Assembly (NCBI GenBank): GCA_963737655.1
Contig: CAVTTN010000002.1
Coordinates: 6,176,001 to 6,240,000, forward strand
DNA length: 64,000 nucleotides
Direction of reading: 5' to 3'
Source: an uncultured Planctomycetota bacterium
Lineage (GTDB): Bacteria > Planctomycetota > Planctomycetia > Isosphaerales > Isosphaeraceae
The stretch's first letter is position 1; each line of letters opens with the position of its first letter. The translations under genes were made by a program, and so were the position numbers. Positions 30,893-41,677 of this stretch are shown piece by piece. Under the pieces are notes generated by a model. It saw only the letters and a list, made by a program, of their open reading frames with translations. It was not told the origin of the DNA and made no database searches.

Positions 30893-32368
30893 ATGAGCGA
30901 CCAGGCCCGACGCCCCTCCGGCACGTTCTGCGGCCGGACCCGCCGCGAGTTCCTCTGGCAGGCCGGCGCCGGGTTCACCGGCCTGGGCCTGGTCGACCTG
31001 CTGTCGAGAGACGGCTTCTTCGCCGGCAAGGCCCGGGGCGACGAGGTCTCGCGGGCGGCGAACCCGCTGGCGCCGAGGCCCGCGCACTTCGCCCCGAAGG
31101 CGAAATCGGTCATCTTCCTGTTCATGTATGGCGGCCCCAGCCACATGGACACGTTCGACTACAAGCCGAAGCTCTACGACCTCGACGGCAAGACGATCGC
31201 CGTGAAGACGTTCGGCCGGGGCGGGAAGAAGAACGAGGGTCGAGTCGTCGGCCCGAAGTGGAAATTCCAGCAGTACGGCCAGTCGGGCAAGTGGGTCAGC
31301 GACCTGTTCCCGAACCTGGCCGGGTGCGTGGACGACATCGCGTTCCTGCACTCGATGACGGCCGACTCGCCGATCCACGGCTCGGCGATGCTCCAGATGA
31401 ACACGGGCAAGATCCTCTCCGGGAGCCCGTGCCTGGGTTCGTGGGTCGGCTACGGGCTGGGCAGCGAGAACGAGGATTTGCCCGGCTTCGTGGTGATGCT
31501 CGACCCGACCGGCGGGCCGATCAGCGGCTCGAAGAACTGGTCGAGCGGCTACATGCCGGCGTCGTTCCAGGGGACGATCCTCCGCTCGGCGGGCGTGCCG
31601 GTGCTCGACCTGAAGAGGCCCGAAGGGCTGCCCGAATCGGCCCAGAGGCGGCTCCTCGACACCCTCCACGACTACAACGCCGACCACCTCGCCCCCCGCG
31701 CCGACAACTCGAACCTGGCCGCCCGGATCGCCAGCTACGAGATGGCGTTCTCGATGCAGAGCCACGCGCCGGAGGCCGTGGACCTCGACCGCGAGACCGA
31801 GGAAACCAAGGCCCTCTACGGGATCGACCAGGACAAGACCCGCGACTTCGGCCGCCGCTGCCTGCTCGCCCGTCGCCTGGTCGAGCGCGGCGTGAGGTTC
31901 ATCCAGCTCTACGCCGGAGGGGCGCACAACGACAGCAACTGGGACGCCCACGGCGACCTCGAGAAGAACCACAACTACCACGCCGGCCGGACCGACCGGC
32001 CCATCGCCGGCCTGTTGAAGGACCTGAAGCGCCGCGGCCTCCTGGACGAGACGCTCGTCGTCTGGGGGGGCGAGTTCGGCCGCCAGCCCACGGCCGAGTA
32101 CGCCAAGGGCACCGGCCGCGACCACAACGCCTACGGCTTCACGATGTGGATGGCCGGCGGGGGGATCAAGGGCGGGATCTCCGTGGGAGAGACCGACGAG
32201 ATCGGCGGCGCCGCCGTCTCCGACCGGCTCCACGTCAAGAACCTCCACGCCACCGTCCTCCACCAGCTCGGCCTCGACCCCGACCGCCTGACCTACTTCT
32301 ACAACGGCCTGGACCAGAAGCTCGTCGGCGTCGAGGGTGCGGAATTGATCAAGCAGGTGATCGCGTAG
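30893..32368 (+). CDS. DUF1501 domain protein (Tat signal)
   Basis: TRREFL; VIFLFMYGGPSHMDTFDYKP; LLARRLVERGVRF; WGGEFGRQP; GRDHN. Confidence 0.95.
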   Translation: MSDQARRPSGTFCGRTRREFLWQAGAGFTGLGLVDLLSRDGFFAGKARGDEVSRAANPLAPRPAHFAPKAKSVIFLFMYGGPSHMDTFDYKPKLYDLDGKTIAVKTFGRGGKKNEGRVVGPKWKFQQYGQSGKWVSDLFPNLAGCVDDIAFLHSMTADSPIHGSAMLQMNTGKILSGSPCLGSWVGYGLGSENEDLPGFVVMLDPTGGPISGSKNWSSGYMPASFQGTILRSAGVPVLDLKRPEGLPESAQRRLLDTLHDYNADHLAPRADNSNLAARIASYEMAFSMQSHAPEAVDLDRETEETKALYGIDQDKTRDFGRRCLLARRLVERGVRFIQLYAGGAHNDSNWDAHGDLEKNHNYHAGRTDRPIAGLLKDLKRRGLLDETLVVWGGEFGRQPTAEYAKGTGRDHNAYGFTMWMAGGGIKGGISVGETDEIGGAAVSDRLHVKNLHATVLHQLGLDPDRLTYFYNGLDQKLVGVEGAELIKQVIA

Positions 32369-32393
32369 AAATCCATGAAATACTGGAGGAAGA

Positions 32394-32604
32394 GGGAGAT
32401 GAACCGCCAAGACGCCAAGGGCGCCAGGGGCAGAGGAGAGGAAGAGGAGGAAGAGGGAGTTCGAAACGCAGATGACGCAGATTTGAAATAGAATTGAATT
32501 CTTAAATCTGCGTCATCTGCGTTTCGGTCCTCTTCCTCTCCGACCTTTCCTCCTCTTCCTCTCCTCTGCCCTTGGCGCCCTCGCGTCTTGGCGGTTCATC
32601 TCCC
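32394..32604. repeat. ~210-bp nested palindrome: family E arms (aaccgccaagacgccaag) with purine/pyrimidine tracts, enclosing a family C element
   Basis: gggagatgaaccgccaagacgc...gcgtcttggcggttcatctccc; inner cgaaacgcagatgacgcagattt...aaatctgcgtcatctgcgtttcg at 32462-32526. Confidence 0.88.
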
Positions 32605-32631
32605 CCCTCTCCACCAATCGGATCGGAAAAG

Positions 32632-33567
32632 ATGTCCATCGCCAAATTCACCATCGCGGCCCTGATCGCCGCCGGTTTCGCCTCCTCGGCCATCGCCGCC
32701 GATGGCCCGTCGTATCGCGTCCTCGGGGGCGATCGCGGCCATGTCGCGCTGGTCGAGCCGGATGGCCGCGTCTCGTGGGAAGTGCCGGTGAAGGTGGACG
32801 TCCACGATTTGCAGGTGCTCGAAGGCGGCAACGTCCTCCTGCCGACGACCCCGACCACGATCGTCGAGATGACTCCGACGAAGGAAGTCGTGTGGACGTA
32901 CGAATCGAAGCCGACCGAGAAGAACAAGGGCCGGGTCGAGGTCCACGCCTTCCAGCGCCTGCCGGACGGCCTGACGATGATCGCCGAGAGCGGGAACGGC
33001 CGGATCATCGAGGTCGATCGATCCGGCAAGATCGTCCATGAAATCGCGCTGACGATCGACCATCCCGACCCCCACCGCGACACGAGGATGGCCCGGAAGC
33101 TCGCCAACGGCCACTACCTGGTCTGCCACGAGGGGGACGGCAAGGTCCGCGAATATGACGAGTCGGGCAAGGTCGTCTGGACGTACGCCCTGGACCTCGC
33201 CGGCCGCCCCCGATCGCCGGGCCACGGGCCCGAGGGGCACGGCACCGAGGTTTTTGGTGCATTGAGGCTCCCGAGCGGGAATACCTTGATCGCGGCGGGC
33301 AACGGCAACCGGGTGATCGAGGTCTCGCCCGAGGGCACGACGGTCTGGAGCGTCGGGCACGACGAATTGCCGGGAATCCGCCTCGCGTGGGTCACCTCGC
33401 TGGACGTCCGCCCCAACGGCAACGTCGTCTTCGGCAACTGCCACGCCGGCCCGGAGAACCCGCAGGTCGTCGAGGTCACGCGCGACAAGAAGGTCGTGTG
33501 GACGTTCAAGGACTTCAAGACGTTCGGGAACGGCCTGGCCATCACCCGGCTGTTGCCGGTGGAGTGA
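32632..33567 (+). CDS. Secreted beta-propeller (PQQ-like/NHL) repeat protein
   Basis: Signal peptide; repeated RLPDGLTMIA / KLANGHYLV / RLPSGNTLIA..RVIEV..VVW units. Confidence 0.8.
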   Translation: MSIAKFTIAALIAAGFASSAIAADGPSYRVLGGDRGHVALVEPDGRVSWEVPVKVDVHDLQVLEGGNVLLPTTPTTIVEMTPTKEVVWTYESKPTEKNKGRVEVHAFQRLPDGLTMIAESGNGRIIEVDRSGKIVHEIALTIDHPDPHRDTRMARKLANGHYLVCHEGDGKVREYDESGKVVWTYALDLAGRPRSPGHGPEGHGTEVFGALRLPSGNTLIAAGNGNRVIEVSPEGTTVWSVGHDELPGIRLAWVTSLDVRPNGNVVFGNCHAGPENPQVVEVTRDKKVVWTFKDFKTFGNGLAITRLLPVE

Positions 33568-33623
33568 GTGGGCAGTGGGCGGTGGGCAGATTGAAGGTAT
33601 GGTCCTTGTCCCGAGGCTCGATC

Positions 33624-34908
33624 ATGCGTCCATCCGAGTTCCGCCCGGGGTTGTCTGCCCTGGCCGTTCTCCTTCTTCCCGGTGTCGCGATGGCTCAACC
33701 CCCGGGTTTCAACTACGACGAGGCGAAGGTTCCGGCGTACACGCTGCCCGATCCCCTCGTCCTGGCGAGTGGCGAGCGGGTGAAGGATGCCGCGGAATGG
33801 GCGGCGAAGCGACGGCCCGAGATCGTCGCGCTGTTCGAGACGCAGATGTACGGCAAGGCCCCCGGCCGGCCGGAGAAGCTGGCATTCGAGGTCACCCGCG
33901 TGGTGAAGGACGCCCTCGGAGGCCGGGCGACCCGCAAGGAGGTGGCAATTTACTTCGCCGGCTCGCCCGACGGCCCGAGGATGGACCTGATCGTCTACCT
34001 GCCCAACCACAAGGGCGACGGCCCCCATCCCGCGTTCCTCGGCCTGAATTTCGACGGCAATCATGGAGTCGATCCCGATCCGTCGGTCCCCCTGGCCCGA
34101 GGGTGGATGGCGAACGATCGGCAGCACGGGATCGAGGCGAACCGAGCGACCGAGAAATCGCGAGGGTCCGAGGCGTCGCGATGGCCGCTCGCAAAGGTCA
34201 TCGATCGCGGATATGCCGTCGCGACCGCCTATTACGGCGATGTCGACCCGGATTATGATGATGGGTTCAAGAACGGCGTTCATTCGCTCGACACGACGAC
34301 CCGGACGGCCGAATCCTGGGGGTCGGTCGCGGCCTGGGCGTGGGGCCTGAGCCGGGCCCTGGACTACCTCGAAACCGATCGCGACATCGACGCGAAGCGG
34401 GTGGCCGTGATGGGCCACTCCCGGCTGGGCAAGGCGGCCCTGTGGGCCGGGGCCCGCGACGAACGGTTCGCCCTGGTGATCTCCAACGACTCGGGCGAGG
34501 GCGGGGCGGCGCTCGAGCAAGAGGCGGTTCGGCGAGACGGTCGCGCGGATCAACACCGCCTTCCCCCACTGGTTCTGCGGCAACTACAAGGCGTACAACG
34601 ATCGAGAGGCCGACATGCCGTTCGATCAGCACATGCTGCTTTCGCTGGTCGCGCCCCGGCCCCTGCTCGTGTGCAGCGCCCAGGACGATTCGTGGGCCGA
34701 CCCGCGGGGGGAGTTCCTGTCGGCGAAGGGTGCGGACCCGGCCTATCGGCTCCTGGGCACGGACGGCCTGGCGGCCCGCGACATGCCCGGGGTGAACGTG
34801 CTGATCTGGAGCCGCGAGGGGTATCACATCCGGCCCGGCGCCCACGACGTGACGGACGTCGATTGGGACGCCTTCATGGACTTCTTCGCCCGCCAGGCCC
34901 CAAGATGA
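33624..34908 (+). CDS. CE15 glucuronoyl-esterase-like protein (extra base at ~34515)
   Basis: [77 protein letters not shown]. Confidence 0.88.
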
Positions 34909-34971
34909 TATCCTCTCGGGATGGCGAGGGCAGACGGCCCTCGGCCGCCACCCGACTTCGGAGCGACGACG

Positions 34972-36244
34972 TTGACGGCCACGACCGACGGCGGATCACC
35001 CGGGGCCGCCCCCGATCCTGTGCGACTTCTGCGGACGGCCCGGCTCGGAGGCCGGGCCGATGATCGAGGGCAAGGCGCTGGCCGCCCTGAACCTCCGCCC
35101 CCACGTCGCCCACATCTGCGCCGAGTGCGCCGACGCCTGCGAAGGCATCTTCGCCCAGCACGAGCGCAAGGCGATGACCCTCGACGGCGTCCCCACCCCT
35201 CGCGAGCTGGTCAAGCACCTGGATGATTATATCATCGGCCAGGAGCGCGTGAAGCGGACGCTGTCCGTGGCCGTGGTGAACCACTACAAGCGGGTGATGG
35301 GCGGCGACATCGACGACCCGGACCTGGCCGAGGTCGAGGTCTCCAAGAGCAACGTCCTCCTGATCGGCCCGACCGGCTGCGGCAAGACGGCCCTGGCGCA
35401 GACCCTCGCCCGCCGGCTCCACGTCCCGTTCGCCATCGGCGACGCCACCACGTTGACCGAGGCCGGGTACGTCGGCGAGGACGTCGAGAACCTGATCCTC
35501 AAGCTCGTGATGGCCGCCGACTACGACATCGCCGCCGCCGAGCGCGGGATCATCTACATCGACGAGATCGACAAGATCGGCAAGACCAGCCAGAACGTCT
35601 CGATCACCCGGGACGTCAGCGGCGAGGGCGTCCAGCAGGCCCTCTTGAAGCTCCTGGAGGGGACCGTCGCCAACGTCCCCCCGGCCGGCGGGCGCAAGCA
35701 CCCCGAGCAGCAGTACCTGCGGGTGGACACGACCGACATCCTGTTCATCTGCGGGGGGACGTTCGTCGGCCTCGACGAGATCATCGCCAAGAGGCTCGGG
35801 CGCAAGGGGATCGGCTTCGGCAAGGCGGTCTCTCGCGACAAGGAGCGCGAGCGCGACGAGCTGGTGGCGCAGGTCACGCCCGAGGACCTCGAACGGTTCG
35901 GGATGATCCCCGAGCTGATCGGCCGATTGCCGATCCTCTGCTCGCTGAACCAGCTCTCCGAGGACGACCTCGCCCGCATCCTGACCGAACCCCGCGACGC
36001 GCTCACCAAGCAGTATCAGGTCCTGTTCCATTACGACCAGGCGAAATTGACGTTCACCGACGGCGCGATCCGCGAGGTCGCCAGGAGGGCCAAGGCCCGA
36101 GGGACCGGCGCCCGGGCGCTGAGGTCGATCATGGAGAACCTGATGCTCGACATCATGTTCGACCTGCCCGAGAGCGGCCGGGGTCGGTCGTTCACGATCG
36201 ACGAGGCGGTCGTCCGGGGCGAGCACGCCGCGATCGGCGCCTGA
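34972..36244 (+). CDS. clpX: ATP-dependent Clp protease ATP-binding subunit ClpX (annotated ORF starts 35060; probable true TTG start at 34972 via a 1-nt indel)
   Basis: KSNVLLIGPTGCGKT, DATTLTEAGYVGEDVEN, DEIDK, GGRKHP, IGF loop, GARALR; in-frame upstream CDFCGR pairs with ICAEC to complete the Zn finger. Confidence 0.93.
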
Positions 36245-36381
36245 TCGCACCGCCTTCTCTCCGCCCCTCGTCCCCTGCCCCGGGGGCCGAGGGGCCGCCC
36301 GCCGACGTTCCCGGTCGTCCCGCGATCTGCTACGATCGGCGGGCCTCGACCCCTCACGAACCTCGCCAGGAGGCCGCCGCG

Positions 36382-36948
36382 ATGGCCACCGTCACCCGCC
36401 CGATGCCCGGCGCGATCGAATCCCCGCCGGATGAGGTCCTGTTCGAGGTGATCGACGGGCGAATCGAGGAAACACCGCCGATGGGTGCTTATGAAGGTCG
36501 AGTGGCGTCGAGCCTCCAGACGAAGCTGGATTCCTTCGTCGAGGACCATCAGCTCGGACAGGTCGTCACCGAGGTCCTGTTCGACCTCCGCCCGGTGATC
36601 GCTCGGTCTCGGAGGCCCGACGTGGCGTTCGTAGGGGTCGAGAAATGGCCGTTGGAGAGGCCGATCCCCGACGAGGAGGGCTGGCCGGTCGTCCCGGATC
36701 TGGCCGTCGAGGTCGTCAGCCCGACGAACCGGCCGACGGAGGTCCTCGACAAGATCCTGGAGTATTTCCGGGCCGGTTCTCGGCGGGTCTGGATCGTGTA
36801 TCCCCGGAACGGGCAGCTTTATGCGTATGACTCGCCGAAATCGGTCCGCATCCTGTTCCGCGAGGACGAGCTGGCCGAAGAGGGGCTGTTTCCCGGGTTC
36901 CGTCTCCCCCTGGCGGAGCTCTTCGGGCCGGAAAGGCCCCGGGATTGA
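36382..36948 (+). CDS. Uma2 (DUF820) family putative endonuclease
   Basis: EVIDGRI, RRPDVAFV, PDLAVEVVSP, YFRAG..VWIVYP, FPGFRLPLAELF. Confidence 0.92.
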   Translation: MATVTRPMPGAIESPPDEVLFEVIDGRIEETPPMGAYEGRVASSLQTKLDSFVEDHQLGQVVTEVLFDLRPVIARSRRPDVAFVGVEKWPLERPIPDEEGWPVVPDLAVEVVSPTNRPTEVLDKILEYFRAGSRRVWIVYPRNGQLYAYDSPKSVRILFREDELAEEGLFPGFRLPLAELFGPERPRD

Positions 36949-37048
36949 CGTTGACGGCCGGGGTGACTGGCCCTAGACTTCGCGCTGGCGATCGTCGCAA
37001 TGGGACCCGCCGTTGGTCCGTTCCCGCGTCGCGGAAAGGATTCCGCCG

Positions 37049-37947
37049 ATGAAGTCCCTGCTCGCGGGCGTGGCCGTGGCCTCTGGGCTGGCCCTGACGG
37101 TGGGTTGCTCGCTCACCGGGTCGTCGAGGACGGAACGGATGGAGGCCGCCCGGGTCGGCGGCTCGGGCAGCGTCCTGGCCCCGAAGATGTGCCTGTTCCG
37201 GATCGCCGTGGCGTCCCGGCCCGAGGACGATCCGGCGCTGAACGAGGCGCTCTGGCGGGTCGCCGACGAGCAGGTCGGGGACGCCGAGGTCCGCCGGGCG
37301 TTGCAAAGCAACGGCCTCCGCGTCGGGGTGATCTCCGGCGACCTGCCGATGGAGGTCCAGGCCGTCCTGAACGCGCCCCTCCTCGCAAGCTGGAGGTGCA
37401 GACGGTCGTCCTGCCCGAGGGGGACGTCACGCTCGTCGATCCGAACACGCCGCCGGCCCCGTCGCTGAGCCTGTTCCTCGGCCAGAAGGATAAGGCCGTG
37501 GGCAAGGTGTACCAGGACGCCCGGGGCTTCCTGAGGATGTCCGCGACGTTCGACGGCCCCGAGAACCTCGCGCTGAAGCTCGCCCCGGAGATCCACCACG
37601 GCCCGTCCAGCCGGGGCTGGGGCGTGGCCGAAGGGGCGACCCCGCAGGCCCCCCGCCAGTTCATCATCAAGAACGGCCAGCAGGAAGAGACCTTCCGCGA
37701 CGTGGCCTGCACCCTGGCGATCAAGCCCGGCCAGGTCGTCGCCATCAGCGCCCGGTCGGACCGTCGGGGGTCGCTCGGCGACTTCCTGTTCTCCGAGTCC
37801 GAGGGGAACAGCGATCGGCCGATGCGGAAGGTCGTGTTCGTCTGGCTCGCACGGTCCGAGGCCCCGCCGAACACCCCGTCGGGCCTCGTCCCGATCGAGC
37901 CCTCGGCCGACCTCAGCGGGGCCCCTCAGAGCAAATCCACCCCGTAG
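37049..37947 (+). CDS. Hypothetical lipoprotein (1-nt indel at ~37378)
   Basis: Lipobox LTVGC; LWRVADEQ..LQSNGLRVGVI continues as PPRKLEVQ.. in the adjacent frame. Confidence 0.65.
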
Positions 37948-38182
37948 GGTGCGCGACAGGCACCCGAGCGGACCGGCCTCGAACCTCTTCGCACCAGGAG
38001 TGTCTTCCATGGATGGAGGCCCGGCCCCTCGGGGTTTCGGATTCGGGATCGGATCGGGGCCGGGCGCCTCCCGGCGGTGGGTCGCCCACGGCCGGCACGA
38101 CGTCCTGTCCCGCCCCCGCCGATCGGTCGGCGAGGGGCCGAGCCCGGAGCTTCGCCTCGTGTCGACGTCTTCCTCGGGCCGG

Positions 38183-39211
38183 ATGATCGAGCTGGACGGC
38201 TCCCGGGGCGAGGGGGGCGGGCAGATCCTCCGCACCGCGTTGAGCCTGTCCTTGATCACCGGCAAGCCGTTCCGGATCACCAGGATTCGCGCCAATCGGG
38301 ACGTCCCGGGCCTCCGACCCCAGCACGCGGCGGCCGTGGAGGCGGCGGCGAAGCTCGGTTCGGCCGAGGTCCGGGGCGGTGCGATCGGCTCCAAAGAGCT
38401 GACGTTCCGGCCCGGCGAGGTCTCCGCCGCGGACTTCACCCACGACATCGGCACTGCCGGATCGACGGCCCTGGTCCTCCAGACCATCGCCCTGCCGATC
38501 GCCCTGAAGGCCGTGAAGGCCGTCCGGGTGAGCCTCAAGGGGGGCACGTTCAACCTGGCCGCCCCGTCGTTCCCGTTCCTGGAGACCTGCTGGCGGGCCC
38601 ATCTGGCGGGACTCGGCGTCTCGATCGGCCTGACGATGCCGGCCGCCGGGTTCTATCCCCAGGGAGGCGGGCGCGTGGAGGCGTGGATCGAGCCGGCGAG
38701 GCCGAAATCCCGGACGATCCGGGATCGCGGCCCCCTGCAGGCCGTCCGGGGCGAGGCCGGCGTCTGCCGCCTCGGTCGCGGCGCGGTGGCCGAGAGGATG
38801 CGCGACCGGGCCGTCGCCCTGCTCGCCGATCGCGGGATCGAGGCCGAGGTCCGCCTGGTCGAATGGGACGGCCCGGCCCCGGGCGCGGCGCTCTCGCTGA
38901 CGGCCGACCACGAGCACACCCGGGCCTCGTTCGTCGGCCTCGGGGCCCGGGGCAAGCCGGCCGAGGCCGTCGCCGCCGAGGCCGTCGCCCAGCTCCTCGC
39001 GTTCGAGGACGCCCAGGGCGCCGTCGATCCCCACTCGGCCGACCAGCTCCTCCTGCCCCTCGCCCTGGCCGAAGGCCCGAGCGAATACACGGTGACCGAG
39101 GTCACCGAGCACCTCCGCACCAATGTCCACACGATCCGCGCGTTCCTCGATCGCGAGATCCGGGTCGTCGAGGACGACGGCGGGGGCGGCCGGGTGGTCA
39201 TCCGCGACTGA
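38183..39211 (+). CDS. rtcA: RNA 3'-terminal phosphate cyclase
   Basis: IELDGSRGEGGGQILRTALSLS, PGLRPQH, GTAGS, GFYPQGGG, DPHSADQ, TEHLRTN. Confidence 0.95.
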   Translation: MIELDGSRGEGGGQILRTALSLSLITGKPFRITRIRANRDVPGLRPQHAAAVEAAAKLGSAEVRGGAIGSKELTFRPGEVSAADFTHDIGTAGSTALVLQTIALPIALKAVKAVRVSLKGGTFNLAAPSFPFLETCWRAHLAGLGVSIGLTMPAAGFYPQGGGRVEAWIEPARPKSRTIRDRGPLQAVRGEAGVCRLGRGAVAERMRDRAVALLADRGIEAEVRLVEWDGPAPGAALSLTADHEHTRASFVGLGARGKPAEAVAAEAVAQLLAFEDAQGAVDPHSADQLLLPLALAEGPSEYTVTEVTEHLRTNVHTIRAFLDREIRVVEDDGGGGRVVIRD

Positions 39212-39236
39212 ATGAACTCGCGGCTGGGGTCATTCC

Positions 39237-39326
39237 CGGGTGGCATGCCCACGTGTTCGTGGGCATGTCTTCTTTCGTCACGCATGAATCGAAGACATGC
39301 CCACGAAGACGTGGGCATGCCACCCG
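39237..39326. repeat. Palindromic intergenic element, family B copy 2, between convergent genes
   Basis: cgggtggcatgcccacgtgttcgtgggcatgtcttc...gaagacatgcccacgaagacgtgggcatgccacccg. Confidence 0.88.
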
Positions 39327-39348
39327 AGATGGGTTCCCGGATTGTCGT

Positions 39349-41180
39349 TTACCGCCTCGCCTCGCGGCCTCCGTCGCTCCTCGTGGCGAAGGCTTCCATC
39401 ACTCCGGACCGGCCGGGGTTGATGGATTCGAGGTTCAGGCGGGACTGGGTGGCGTAGTCGAGCCGGCCTCCGACCCCGGAGAGGACCACCAGGCGCTGGC
39501 CCGCCGGGAGGGTCCGGAGGTCCTCGACCCGGGTCAGGTCGACCTGCGAGACCCGGGGCAGGGAGGCGCGGAGGAGGAAGCGGAGGCGGCCGGCGGGGCG
39601 GAATTCGAGGCCCTCTCCGCCCAGGGCCGGGCCGATCACGGCGAGGACCTCGAACGGCTTGGCGGCCTCCCGGCGGAGGATCGCGTCGCGGAGGGCCAGC
39701 AAGTCCGTGGTCTCCCGGTGGCGGAACCGGACTTCTCGGAGGCCCGAGGCCACCGTCGCCGCCAGGACCGCGCCGAGGAACCCGGCCAGGACGATCAATC
39801 GGCGGTCGTCCCGGCGGCGGGCCCAGCGGTCCAGCCCCCTCACGGCGATCACCAGGACGACGACGAGGTCCAGGGCCAGGTGCATGCCCAGGGCCGAGTC
39901 GGGCGCGGGGGACCGGAGCTCGAGCAGGTCGGAGGCGGCCTGGCGGAGGTGGGTGCTGGACCACCAGGCCAGCGTCGTGGCGGTGGCCGGGGCGAGCCAG
40001 CACAGGGCCCGGGCGGGGATTCGGCGTCCCGAGAGGTCCACCATCGCCGAGGCCGCGAACAGGTTCAGGGGGAACAGCAGGAACAGGTTCAACGCCGGTC
40101 GAGGCCCCCGGGCCAGGACCGCCGGGGCCAGGGCGGCGACGGCCAGCCAGGCCAGGCACAGGGCCCCGCCGACGGTCATCCGGTCGTCGCTCTCGGCCGT
40201 CAGGAGTCTCCGCAGCGCCCGGGCCGCGGCGAACAGGCCCAGGGGCAGGATCGCCGGGGCGAGGTCGATCATCCGGGCCGTCAGCCCCAGGGTCGGGCCG
40301 GTCGCCTGGGGGGGCGCCATCAGGGCCGCGAGGAACCCCCGGCCGTACCGGGCGACCATCATCGCGTGCCACGGGCCGGCGATCGCCAGGCCGATGGCCA
40401 GCGCCAGGGCGCCATCGACGAGAGTGGGATGGTCTCGCCACCACTTCCACGGGGTCGCCCGGCCCTTGCCGCCGAGCGGATCGGCCGTGGCGAGGCTGGC
40501 CCGGTGCAGGAGGATGATCGGCATGACGAGCAGGCCGAACGCGCCGACCGACAGCAGGGACAGCCCCAGGCCCAGCCCGCCGGTCACGGCCCAGGCCACC
40601 CTCTTGCCGTCGATCGCCTGGAGCGACCGGCCGTAGGCGAGGATCGCGAGCAAGGCGCCGGCGAGGCCCAGGGTCGTCGGCGTGGCCTGCTGCATCTGGA
40701 CGAGCAAGGCCCGGTTGAACCCGGTCAAGATCGCCGCCGCGAGCCCGACGCCGGGGCCCCTCCACAATTTCCCGAGGAAGAACACCAGGACGACCACGGC
40801 GGCCCCGGCGAAGTAGCTGGGCAAGACCGTCGCCACCGGGGCCCGACCGGGCCGAGGCCCAGGGCGACCGCCTCCAGCCAGGCATAAAGCGGAGGCTGGA
40901 GCGCCACGGCCCGGTACGATCGCGCCTCGGCCCCGGGGGGCAGGCCCGTCGGCCCGGTCTGGTCGAGCCAGTGCCCTTCCAGGGCGATCAGCCCCCGGAG
41001 GCCCCACCACGGCCCCGGCGGGTTCAGGTCCCAGTTCCTCAGCGCGTAGAGTCCCGGCAAGATCGCCACCAGGACCACCACCGGGAAGAACATCGTGGAT
41101 CGGGGCGCGGGCCGGACCAGGGGACGGGCCGGCGAGGCGATCGCCTCGGCCCATCGCCGTGTCCCCGATCCCTTCGGCAT
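39349..41180 (-). CDS. Polytopic membrane protein, ArnT/PMT (GT39/GT83)-like glycosyltransferase (1-nt indel at ~40850; start uncertain)
   Basis: QPPLYAWL motif followed by multiple TM helices and AGPWHAMM; split across ORFs 40725..41468 and 39349..41283. Confidence 0.65.
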
Positions 41181-41344
41181 CGCGCCGGCGCGGGCCCGCC
41201 ACTCCATTGGCCGCCTCCGCCTCTCGTTCGCTCGGCTGGGCTCGCCTCGCCTCGGGAGGACTCCCCCGGGCGGACCGCCGCACCTTACCATAGATCGGCC
41301 GATCGGGGAGGGCCGATTCGGGGAGGATCGAAAGAACCGAAGAT

Positions 41345-41590
41345 CAACCGCCAAGCCGCCAAGGACGCCAAGGGCAGAGGAGAGGAGAGGAGAAAGCGAG
41401 AGGTGGAAGAGAGTCGAGAAGGAAGTGAGGAAGCGAAGGAGGACAAAAGCCGAGAAGATCGGACCCAAACGCGGTCTTTCCGAAGATCCGCCTCCCTGGG
41501 TTTTTCTCGCGTCTCTCCTTCTCTCTTTCTCCTCTCCTCTCCTCTCCTCTTGCCCTTGGCGTCCTTGGCGGCTTGGCGGCTTGGCGGTTG
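41345..41590. repeat. ~245-bp palindromic element, family E copy 2, with (gagga)n / (tcctc)n arms
   Basis: caaccgccaagccgccaaggacgccaagggcagaggagagg...cttgcccttggcgtccttggcggcttggcggcttggcggttg. Confidence 0.88.
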
Positions 41591-41677
41591 GTCTCTCTCC
41601 GTCCTTGACCTCCGACCAGGACGAAAGTTACAGTATCTCCGAAATCGTTAGTCTAGCCCGTCGCGAGGCCCTCGATC

